DNA of 61,934 bases, the filler included, from Dimargaris cristalligena (lineage: Eukaryota), in assembly GCA_003614675.1 (NCBI GenBank). It is 10 parts of 10 records of this genome, joined end to end, with 100 filler letters (N's around TTAATTAATTAA, not from the genome) between each part and the next. Parts side by side here need not be neighbours in the genome. Positions count along the whole stretch, not along the records: positions 12,530 to 18,668 come from ML003550.1; positions 18,769 to 24,900 come from ML003551.1; 8 more parts are not named here. One strand, 5' to 3'. Below are positions 12,530-23,765 of this stretch, piece after piece. Under the pieces are notes generated by a model. It was not told the DNA's origin. It saw nothing but the letters and a program-made list of their open reading frames with translations, and did not search any database. The first letter of the stretch is position 1. The number at the start of each line of letters is the position of its first letter. A program made the translations under genes and the position numbers.

Positions 12530-12813
12530 GCAGGGGCTCATTCACTCATCAGGGGCGTACTTCCGATAAGTGCGAAAAATAGATCAAAAATAAAAGTAGG
12601 TAAAAAATGTGGTAAGTTCACCACACAGGGGTACAGCCTAGTTAGGGGTATATAATATACTAATGGAAAAAATACTATACTAATGAAAATGTAGGAAAAA
12701 TGACTATACTTATCAGGGGCAGGGGCTCATTTACTTATCAGGGGCATACTTCTGGTAAGTACAAAAAGTAGATAAATAATAAAAGTAGGTAAAAATGTGG
12801 TAAGTTTACCACA
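12530..12813 (+). repeat. Two diverged direct copies of a ~95-bp unit (12530-12625 and 12719-12813), each ending in a TGTGGTAA..ACCACA hairpin
   Basis: gcaggggctcatt(c/t)act(c/t)atcaggggc..aaaagtaggtaaaaatgtggtaagtt(c/t)accaca occurs twice. Confidence 0.8.
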
Positions 12814-12818
12814 ACAGT

Positions 12819-14590
12819 AATGCTGATGGATTATCCCAGCTAGCTACCCTTCAAGTGGTAGACCTCCAGGATGAACTCCTGGTTAGCCACATCTACCCCA
12901 GAACCAGCACCCCCACATTTGCTATTCAATGTTGCCACCTAAAGGCCACCCTACCCACTCAGACTACCCCCACTTCTGCAGGTTATGACCTCATGTGTGT
13001 CACTGAGTTTGACCTTGTACCACACCAATGCACTAAAGTAGGCACAGGCTGGGCCCTCCAAATGGAGCCACTGATGGTGGCCCTTGTCTGAGAATGCAGT
13101 TCCCTGGGCCTACACTGCATCACCATCTGAGGTGGGGTCATCAACACTAACTTCCAAGGTGAGATCCAAGTCCTGATGCACAACCTCACAACTGAAACAC
13201 TCCACTTCCAGCCTGGGGATTGCATCACCCAGCTCATCTTCCAATAATATGAAGCTTCACTCCTGCTAGAAACTGCCACTTTGAGCAAAATGGAACATGG
13301 CTCCTCCAGATTTGGGTCCACCAATATGCAGACTACTGTCCTAGCTGCCACCTTTCCCCCAGCCCAGATACTCCAGGACCAACTGGCAGACCCTGAGATA
13401 AAGAACCCGTGTGATTGAATGGAAGATCAGGCATTTCACAAATTCTGTGGAAAAAACCAGATATTTGTGATTGAAGAGCAACTCCTGTACCAACAGGGCC
13501 CTGGTAGGCAGAACCACCTAGTGTTGCCCAAGTCTCACCAGGCTGCCACCATCAATGCCACCCACAGTGGGCCTGGAGCTGGGCACCTAGGAGCCAAAAC
13601 AGTCCTACACCACCTCCACCAAACTGTCTACCAGCCATCCATGGGCAAAGATATTAAGGAGCCCTTCTGCAGCTGCAAAACCTGCCAACACTACCAACAG
13701 GCCCCTCAGCCCCCAGCCCAGCTTGTCACCCCCCTCACCAGCCCCTTGGACTACCTCAGGATCAAGATCATTGGTCCCTTCAACATAACCAAGAATGGCA
13801 ATAAGTTTGTCATTGTAGCCATTGACTACTTCACTCATTGGCCCTTCATGTATATAGTGCCCCACATCACCATCCAAGCCATCATCCAGTTTCTCATTGA
13901 AGATATCATCAGTATGCATGGTTACCCCTGGATCCTCATCTCCAACTATGGCAAACAATTCACTGCTAGTATCCTCTGGCAAACTCTGCAACTCCTCAGG
14001 GTAGACTACTGAATGGCTGTCCACTACCACCCCCAGAGTAATGGAGCCATGGAATGTCTCAATGGTACCCTCAAACACATGATAGCCAAGCATTCCTCAG
14101 GTAACAACTCCCAATGGGATCAACACCTCACCCTCCACCTGTTTACCTACCACATGGCCCATGTCCACATAACAGCCAACAAACCCTTCTTCTTGATGTA
14201 TGGCCATGATCCATACATGCCTGTCACTGTTGCTTTGAACCCCAAACCTGATGCTCTGTGAGCCTCCACTGGCTCCACCTATATTGATGAGTTGTGCTAT
14301 AGGCTCAGTGAGGCCTACCAATGTGTCCACCACAAACTGGGTCCCAAGTCTACTGACCCTACACAATATTGTGTTGGTAATTGCATCTTAGTCTGAGTCC
14401 TACATGGCCCCCTGTCCTTACAGGCCCCATTTAAAGGCCCTGTATCCATAGAAGGTGTCCACAGTGGGAACACCTACACCATCACTCTGGTGGTACATGA
14501 TAAGTACTACTAACAAGAATGAGTCTCTAGCAACCAGATTATTCTGTTAGTTGAAGGCCTTAAGGATGAGGCTCCAGTAGGAGTGGGTAA
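12819..14590 (+). mobile_element. Degenerate Ty3/Gypsy LTR-retrotransposon pol 3' half: RNase H end, dUTPase, integrase (HHCC, core, GPY/F-like)
   Basis: One reading frame with scattered stops: NADGLSQL (RNase H end), dUTPase motifs, GHLGAKT..CKTCQ, IVAIDYFTHWP, LISNYGKQF, YHPQSNGAMECLN and APFKGP. Confidence 0.9.
12918..13325 (+). pseudogene. Retrotransposon-encoded trimeric dUTPase domain (inactivated)
   Basis: All five motifs are recognisable: SAGYDL, (R>C)SS, GVI(D>N)T(D>N)FQGEI, GD(R>C)I(A>T)QL and E(R>H)GSS(G>R)FGST. It has three in-frame stops. Confidence 0.85.
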
Positions 14591-15024
14591 TATCAGCCCT
14601 CCTAATCCAACTTAATCCAAACCTAATGATTACCCATCCTTATTAGGCCTTATAGTACTATATTAACCCCCCCATAGTTACCCCCAGTACTATGGGGTCA
14701 CTATTTATTATATAACCCTACTCATTCTGACCCCAATGCTTTGCACTCCAAATACTCAACTTACTAATCTAAGACTTCCAGTTCCCATGAGAGTCTTCCC
14801 AATGCAAGTTCATCCAGTTGGCTTCTTTACTTCCATACCTTTGTCTTAGTAGTATTTCCCTTGGGACCTCCCTCTGGAGCCATCCCCACATATAAATAAC
14901 TGGGCCCCTCAAGGACCAGTTCTGTTCCTTAGCTTATTCATATCCCCCAGTTTACCTCAATAAACTCTATACACTCATCCCCCTTGTGCTAACTCATAAG
15001 TGTGCCCACTGCACTTCCCTGACA
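14591..15024 (+). repeat. Probable 3' LTR of the Gypsy element
   Basis: Follows a purine-rich tract (aggagtgggtaa), starts TATCAG (decayed TGTCAG) and ends CTGACA. Contains TATAAATA (~14891) and AATAAA (~14959). The partner LTR is not in the contig. Confidence 0.55.
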
Positions 15025-16552
15025 TTAACCTGCATTTGTCCTTTATTGGTTAGCACTATGCCCCATCCTAACACTAGTAGCCTGCTTGGCCGAGCCTAAG
15101 CCCTGCCTACCATTAGAAGCCTATCCTTGGGACTCTTGATGGACTAAGAGTGGTTAACCCAGGCAACAGTAGGATAATTAAGTTTGATTGGTACATATTT
15201 CTAGTGATGTTATAGTAATTGTGTGAGGAACTTGGGGTCCATGGACAAAGACCCACACTTAGATTACTGTTATTGAATTAGGTGGCCAGGACCATCCCCC
15301 TAATGTCTGTAATACTAGGTTAGATAGTATACTCCATTAAGGGGGATATGTTCAGTCTTTTATAGGCTGGATGCACATTGTATTCATCTTATGAAAATGA
15401 GTTCCAGTAACTGAACATACTCCAAATATACTTGCTGAGGTATTATTAAGCAGATTACTTTAGGAATAGAAATTACAATAACCAGCCTCCCCTAGTGATA
15501 TTTACTCTGTCCACTGTATTTTTAGTATGCTACATTATCAACCAGGGTCATTGGGCCATGTATACCAGAAATCACATATGGGTACTATTTAACAAATTTA
15601 GGATTTTCGATGGAATGCATATGGAAAAATGGGTAAGCCAATTTGTACCAGTAAACCGGGTCCATCAACTGAACACTATATTATACAGCTAGGTTGGAGT
15701 TCTACTATTCGTTTAATTCACTATAGTGTACTTCAGTCCCTACTCAGGTAATAACTATAATGTAGCCCATTTTTATTTGGCCGAATTCGGATTCATTACA
15801 GCAAAGTTAAAATATCTATATGAAAAGAAAATTAGTAGTAGTACGCAACCTAGTTTATCTTCCATCCATTATCATCATGATCTGAGGATATATACAACCG
15901 CATTCTTAATATTAATTATTTTTCAGTTAACTAAACAAATCCTTATGGCCAAATATGGTCCACTTAGTGGATCATTTTCCTAATAAGGATTCCTAAAATT
16001 TATTTTTATCCCACTAAGACTTGTAGCCCTTTCGGATCACCGTTCTCTAGCATCTGCCATGTAGGGAAGCAGAAGGAACTTAGAAGCTATTGATTGGATT
16101 GGATTTCTTGTTTCTATAATGGCACAGTGTTAAAGTTGAGAAAATATGTGCTCATAGTCCTGCAGAGTTTAATTCTTTGGTCGCTCAGATACCAGGCCAG
16201 ACAGAAACCATTCAGGGAGTCCAGAATAGAGATGATAGGCGGCAATTGTAGGGCCCATTGTGGAAACTCCGCATCTTTATGTCACATTCAAAGGGACCTC
16301 ATTTGAGCATCCATTATCAACACCACATAATATTCGCATTGAATTGAAAGAGTATGTATAATATTTAATTTGGTATTCCGATAAAGGGAGATCCCAATCG
16401 GGATATTCAGCTAGTGCTTCGTACAGTCCCGTTTTAGCCGCCACAGATGTTGAGCAGTTGTCTAATCAAGATGATACTGGTGAAGTGAGCATCTTTTGAG
16501 CTATTGTATTCCGTAAAATACGGCCCACTTGTAAAATACACACCGGCAAGAG

Positions 16553-16559
16553 TATAAAA
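16553..16559 (+). promoter_or_regulatory. Putative TATA box of the small secreted protein gene
   Basis: TATAAAA about 170 nt upstream of ATG 16725, followed by a pyrimidine-rich leader. Confidence 0.4.
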
Positions 16560-16724
16560 GCGTACCACTAGTCTGTCGCTCTGATACCAGCATCTCATCT
16601 ATTCATCTATTCAACCAGCATACTTTGTCTCCATCTCCACTTAGTCGCCGCACTCTTCCCCGGCAATTCCATCCTTCTATTTCCACCTGCTTTCTACAAC
16701 CCCAACTCACCCACCTCCTTCGCC

Positions 16725-17042
16725 ATGCAGCTCCCCTCGCTCTTCAAGACCCTTGTTGTTGCGGCCGTCGTTATAGGCGCCGCTGTCCTGGCCAGAGCTG
16801 CCTATTTACCACAGCCTGAATCCCACCTTCATCGCCGGGCGGCTGGCCTTGAGCAGTCTCTAGCTCGCCGCCATCCTGTACCTTCTAATCCCACCCCTCC
16901 GCCCAGCCCCAATCCGAATCCCCCTCCCGCTCCTCCACCGAGCCCCGTACCCACTCCCAATCCGTATCCTTCTCCCCCGCCGTCCCCTCAGGCCAAATCC
17001 AAATCCAAACAAGCCGGTGGTGGTAAGGGTTCCAAGAGGTAA
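16725..17042 (+). CDS. Small secreted proline-rich protein (105 aa)
   Basis: Hydrophobic signal peptide (MQLPSLFKTLVVAAVVIGAAVLARA), two RR dibasic sites, PSPNP/PPPSP repeats and a Lys-rich tail. Confidence 0.7.
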   Translation: MQLPSLFKTLVVAAVVIGAAVLARAAYLPQPESHLHRRAAGLEQSLARRHPVPSNPTPPPSPNPNPPPAPPPSPVPTPNPYPSPPPSPQAKSKSKQAGGGKGSKR

Positions 17043-19619
17043 CATGGTCGCCAGGATGTCTTGGTCATCTTGAGGCAGTGTTTGCCTTCAGATATGAACC
17101 CGGCTCCATAAGCTGCCCACTATGTATTGGTTCAAATTTATCAGTTTTATATTTTCGTACCCGGCCAATCCAAGTCGACCCAGTGGTGGTAGACTAACTT
17201 TGTTGTAGTACACCAGTACTATGCAACATTATAACCCGCCTACAGCTCAATATAAGGCCTAAAAGGATTGGTATATGAGGTCTGAGAAGGAAATATGTTG
17301 GACGTAATTAAAGAAATGGATAGGCGATTGGGCAGACTATCGACTGAACATGGCTTTAGGGATGTTGCAAAATAGACACTTAATGTCGATGAAACCTGGG
17401 TCAGTGTGGGAGAAAGTATAATAGGATGCAAGCCAGATATTAATTATAGAGGTAATGTGGGACAGGTTGGAGTTGATGTGCTCGCCCATGCCCGAAGCGT
17501 GGGCGGAGTGGGAAAGGGAGGGCAGGTTATTCAATCTATTGGGTATTCACTGCCAATAAGTGACATGATTATTCTATAGCCGGTGGCCCATAATAGGTAC
17601 AGACGGATTGAACAATTTTGACTGTTGGGCCTACACCCCAAATATCGCGTAGTGTTGTAAGCGAGTGGAAATGATCGTTGTTTTATTAATTGAGCTGATA
17701 TGATAGCGGTATTTAATAATAAGGAAGGTAGCAGCGATGGAGTTGCTAGTAAACTAACGAAATAATGGCGCGCTAGCAGAACACCCTTTTTATAATCGGA
17801 TTATCAGCTGCCGCGGGTCTGTTGATAAATGCATGACATATATGAGGTAGTCCCCTCTGGGTATGGATCATTAGGGTATCCCATAGAGTAGTATTTGCCG
17901 GCGCGCGGGTCTACTATAGTTCGTGGACTGGGTCGCCCTTATCAATGACCGGGGTGTCTCATTGGCGAAGTCCCCGGTTATCTAGACCTCTGCACACACT
18001 GCCATCTAGTTGAGGTATTGCTGCAGCACTATTATCATTATTGGTCTCGTCCACCGGGGTAGACGTAACAGTAGCACTGAATATCCCCCATATAAAAAAA
18101 TGAATAACTGGTGCAAGTATTTTTTAAAGAATGCTTAGGGCGAATTGAAATTGGCCAATTTACGTTTTTATAGGCGATTGTCCTGACCTAATAATGTTAG
18201 ACGGAGATGATGGCCGTTAAATAATTCTTAAAAAGTGCAAAAGAACCAAACATTTATCCAAATATTCGACTACCAACCCATGGGTAGATCTTTACATCCT
18301 GGGCCCATAACTGGGTGCCCTACTAATTGTCAAAACGGGGTATAGTATGAAGATACGCCGAGATTAGAGGCTGGTTATAACTATAAAAGAACAACCTTGT
18401 AGTCGATAACTGCATTAGTGCTGTACTGGACACTACTCAATATAGCTAACTCGTCACTCGAATTATACATTAACCATCCCCTAGTAGCTCTAACCATCAG
18501 TAGGACGTGCAGCGTCGGATGGTTTAATCCAACGCTTACCATACTACTTTTGCAATAGGCTGCTACGTACCACGATTACTTTTTCGCTGTACTTCAGACC
18601 CAAGGCCGTTGTAATCCACGTATAAAAGCTCTCTGTGTGTATTGCTAACAACTTAGCCTGGATGTTATNNNNNNNNNNNNNNNNNNNNNNNNNNNNNNNN
18701 NNNNNNNNNNNNTTAATTAATTAANNNNNNNNNNNNNNNNNNNNNNNNNNNNNNNNNNNNNNNNNNNNTATCCCATACACATATTGTGTAAAATCTTATA
18801 CAGTTGGGTTGAAGTTCACCCATTTGATGAAGCCAGATGGATGATGTTGTCTGCATCATTAGAGCGATGGACGGGAAGGTTTGATGGCCACTGGACCAAA
18901 ACAATGCAACTAATACTACTTGCTCGGGAAATCATCTATAGTTTGGGGTATACTATTAGTAACTTCTTAAAAAATGCTTCTATAGGCTAAATTGATACAA
19001 CTGTTTTCGAAGTAGATCAATTAGGCCATTTTTGCTTTACTCTAAACCATTGGAATACGGTATGTTATTTTTTGTATGTAAAACGCCAAGCGATACTTAG
19101 ATAGGTTAAGCGTGGATTCACTGCGACTAATTGACCATCCCTGTACTTCTTAAGATACACACGCCAACCCCAGACCATTGAACAATACGGTGGTAGACCT
19201 AAGTATATAGTAATTGAATAGTGAAGGGGCCCGAAGGTAATCTCATTGATGGTAGTGGTCCCGAAATAGTATTGGCACATTCCGACTGTCTAGACGTCCC
19301 TACCTACTTCTTGGCTTGTGAAGAAGAGAGGGAGTCTGACCAACCGAAACCCCCCACGTTCCGCATAGGGGGGGGGGGGGTTCTACCTACCTGTCAACTC
19401 TCCTCCATTCCGACTCCTGAACTTTTCCGTTTACCATTCGTTTTCCTAGTTGTTGGCTCAGTCTTACTAGGAGGTAGAGAAGAGAACCCTTTCCATACTT
19501 CTTTTACTATAGACCCTTCGGGATTGTGTCTCTCCCACTACACCCTCTATATACTCAATTTTTAAATATTCTCACCCCAAACACATTACTTCTCCGCCCG
19601 GCGACCGCCTTACCTCATA

Positions 19620-21193
19620 ATGCACGGTTGCCGTACGGCCGGGTTTAATGGCTACAGCGTGCAATTCAGCCCCTTTTATGAGCACGTCATTGCTTGCGCG
19701 GGGGCGGCCAATTTTGGGTTGGTGGGAAACGGTAGACTGACGGTGGCCACCGACTTGCCCAACAACGACCTTCGAATTGACCACCAGTAAGTATTGCCTA
19801 GAAGGGGAAGGTGGGCAAGAGCAGGGAGAATGAGAGAGCGAATGTATGTATATGCGTGTGTGTGTGAGGAGGGATAGTACTGTGGTAGTACTCCAGTTTC
19901 CTACCCACTCGAATATTAGGCTAGATTATTACACTTGTTCATTGTCAAACAACGTCTTCAGCCCAGGCTGATAGTGGAATAAGAGCACTGGACTGGGACG
20001 GGCCGTATTCCTGGTGTAACGGTGCCGATACGACCGGACCGTCCCTTACACAACCAGTCTAGGACTCTCTCTCTCTCTCTCTAAATACCCATGTTTTAAT
20101 ACAATTACAATACACACCATGCCCCTTGTTGATACACATCCACTGTCCACTCCCCTCTCCAACGGGACTCTAGATACGACACCCAGGACGGCACTTTTGA
20201 CTGCAGCTGGAACGAACTCAACGAAAACCAAATCGCCAGTTGTGGGGGCGATGGTTCGATCAAGCTCTGGGACCTGACCATCCCCAACCAGCCCATCCGT
20301 AACTGGCGGGAACACCAACGGGAGATTTTTTCGGTGGAGTGGAATTATACCAAAAAAGACACCTTTCTCACCGGGTCTTGGGATACCTCCATTAAACTCG
20401 TAAGTCCTGTCTCCGAGAGGTATTTCCCCAATCTATACGGCCCATGTCCGTGTCGTAAATGGACAGTGCCGGAAAATCCTTTAGCCTGAGCTGGAGCTGA
20501 GATGGGTGATGATACCCTCCCCTAATTTGGATCTGGGGTTACCCGATATATGTTATGTGCGAAGATAAATTCTAACTAATACCTGCCCTGTCCTGCTCTA
20601 TTCTTTCAACCCCTTCCTGCCCACACCATGGCCTGATTCAGTGGCGGCCCGACCAGCTAGTATCACAGAGTACATGGTCCGAGCATACCCAGTGTGTTTA
20701 TTCTGTGAGTTGGTGTCCTCATCAACTGGACACCTTCGCTTCAGCTTCGGGTGACCTGACGGTGAAACTATGGGATGTCAAGAGTCCCCGGTCCACCGCC
20801 ACTATTCCCGCCCACTCCCACGAAGTATTAAGTGTGGATTGGAATAAATACCGCCCCCATATCTTGGCCTCTAGTTCGGCCGACAAGAGCATTCGCATCT
20901 GGGACGCCCGTAATACCCGTCGGGCCATGGACACTTTCCTGGGGCATGACTATGCCGTGCGGCGCGTTAAATTCTCCCCCCACCAGGACAATCTGCTGGC
21001 TTCGGCGTCGTACGATATGACCACCCGAATCTGGGATCTTAACAACCCCTTGGGTCAGCCCCAGAGACTGGTGCTAGACTACCATACCGAATTCGTCTTT
21101 GGGGTCGATTTCAACTTGTATGTGCCTGGTCAAATGGCCACTTGTGCGTGGGACGAGCAAGTAGTAATTTCCCAGCTGCCTTCGCTCTCCTAA
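19620..21193 (+). CDS. PEX7: Peroxisomal PTS2 receptor, WD40, 3 exons: 19620-19786, 20174-20399, 20642-21193
   Basis: Pex7 signature RTAGFNGYSVQFSPF..ANFGLVGNGRL, then YDTQDGTFDCSWNE, GHDYAVRRVKFSPH and HTEFVFGVDFN. Splice phases are consistent, about 314 aa. Confidence 0.93.
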
Positions 21194-22649
21194 TCACTGC
21201 TTCTCTTCTCTTCCACCCCCCCCCCCCTCCCTCGTCTTCTGTCACTCACCATGGGGGACGACCACAAGGCATTCTCCCAAAATTGGCTAATGCTTTTGTA
21301 CCCCCCTTTCCCTTCCCCCCTCACCAGTACTACCCAGGTGATGGATGGTGGGTCTTTAGTCGCGAAAGAGCACTTGAGGCCCCCTTACTCGGATCAGCCC
21401 TTATTCCAAATTACTGTAATTTCTATACCAATGCGTTTGTGGCTGTTTCAAAGATTGGGCTTTGGTAGTCAGATGGTAAAATTGATGCCGTGTCAAGAGT
21501 CAACTACCCAGCCGCATGAAACAGAAGTAGGCACCCCGCCAAGCCGATTTGGCATGCTCCCGCGAAGCTCCACCCATTTCCCCTAACCTGCGTTGGGGAG
21601 AGTCGCACAGTTGATCTTAATTCAACTTTGGCATTTTATGGTTATATTGGACGAAGGAAATGGCAATATTGGAAATTGCCTATAAGCCGTCGTAGCAAGC
21701 CCTAATAAAAATTAAAATACCCCGACATTAACAGCATTTCTACTCATGTCCGTATGGATTTACCCTAGTCACCGCCCTGTCTTCCAAACGACTCCTATGG
21801 GTAGTTGGAAATACCAAAGTAGGCCTAATGTTACGCGGGATTTTAAAGAAAAGGCCATTTTCGAAGCGAGCTATATGACACTGTTGCTGTGACAGGATTT
21901 CACTTGCCTATGGAATGGTGTCGGCTGCTTGCCTGGGGGACCAAAGTCGGGGGGGGGGCTCAATATCCTGCGACTAGTTTGAATGAATATAGCTGCAATA
22001 TTGGCGCAATCTAGGGCGAGTTTAATCTACAATCAACGACCAACACTAATATATACCCATCTATTTAATCTTTAGAGCAGTCCACAACTAAATTCGGTTA
22101 ATCTCCGCTCCCCCTGCTGGTAATTTACCCCCAGAGCCGTCGCTTAGGGCGAGGTCTATCGTCCAATTCGATTGACTAAAATAGGAGCCTAGTGGGATCT
22201 ATAGGGCCCATTAGAGATCTGCTTGGGCTACCTTGCTTGTCCTACACAGCGACAGCCGTTGGCCCTACCTATCTGCATGGTATGACAAGGGCCTGTCGCG
22301 TACTGGAGCGAATGGAAATGGGTAAAAGCCCATATTCGTGAACCATCCGCGAACGGCACATGGCTAATGATAGGAGTAACTGTATTCATTGTATTCGTTG
22401 TCCACAGCGGCCGTGTCTTTTGGGGATTCATTGGCCAGCGTGGGGTATCTTTTTTATTCTCAAAGTATTTCCTATTTGCTCTGCCAGCGATTATAAATAG
22501 GGAACATCCCCGCTGCATCGGCTCCTCTATCTGCGAGTTTCCCTAATCCTTGTTCCCGCCCGCAACCCTTGGCTTCACTTCATTTACCTTATTTGCTTTT
22601 GTTCTTCCCTGCCTACGCATGCAAGGCGTCGGCTTTTTGCCCGTTCACA

Positions 22650-23765
22650 ATGCGTTTTAATCCGTTCCTTATACTATCCTTGGGGTTAGTCTTTTCACTG
22701 CCCCATGAAGTGTACGGCAACATATTTACACGTATTTGGAACCCCTCGCCCAATGGATTTCGCCAATCTTTCCGTAGAACCAGAGTGCCCCAAATTACAC
22801 CAGAAGCCCGTAATGAGGTAAAAAAACTATCGCCTATTCGCTAGAAATGCCACATTCCAGCGGGGGTCCCTGACGTATTTTTCACCTCTTCGCACCACTT
22901 CTCCAGTGCCGAACTCATGTTTAATACCACATTACCCACACCGAACCTATTTATACAGCGAGTTTCGATTTTTCTAAACGCTTCCATCTCCCATATGTAT
23001 CATTACTCTATACCATTCATACTATAGGGTCGAGATCTCGTTAAACGACTATTTTCCCCCAATGATGAGGTCCAGTTTAATTCCGACGACGCCAATGCGC
23101 TAAAGGGCATTTTGCCAAATTTAAATAACGCCGACTGGTACTCAATATACCTCGAGCGTTTTGAAAGCCAGCACCGCTGTATGAACAAGCCCATTATTCT
23201 TGTTGAAATCCCCCCCACAGATCCTCGATTTCGTCCCCAGAGTCCCCTGGCCCACCTAATAAAACTCTACCAAACCCAGCTGGCTCTCGACATTCACCAC
23301 CACTTACTCGACTGGGAATCCTCTACGCGGCAGCCCTCCAGACCCGGTGCGACGACCTTCAACCAGCGTTCACGCTTCACGCTCTCCCAGTTGGATTTTG
23401 AGAATATGTTGACCACGGCCGTGTACCTAGAGAACCTCGATGCCACCCAACTGCTCTTGGCTACCGACCGCCGGCCACTGTGGGTCTCGGAAGAATTTGT
23501 TCTCGGGCGGTATTTAATGGCGGTCCGGGTGGCCCATTACCCGACCGCCCAGTCTCTTTTGGACTATCTGGTGGCATCGGCCGTCCCATTGGTAAAGCGC
23601 CTGGTCAACTTAAATCGTCCTGAACCGGTCGCAGCTTTTTCTATGCGTTTGTTGGTGGGCCCCACCAGTGAGGATTTGACTAAACTAGGGTTACCATTAA
23701 ACTACCGGTATGCCGCTTTGGATAATGACAATGGTCCACCCATCCGAGTGAAAGAGGGGTGCTAG
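22650..23765 (+). CDS. Orphan secreted protein, 2 exons (22650-22817, 23028-23765), about 301 aa
   Basis: Signal-peptide-like MRFNPFLILSLGLVFSLPHEVYG; a phase-0 GT..TAG intron joins it to the 23112-23765 ORF frame. No recognised domain. Confidence 0.55.
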
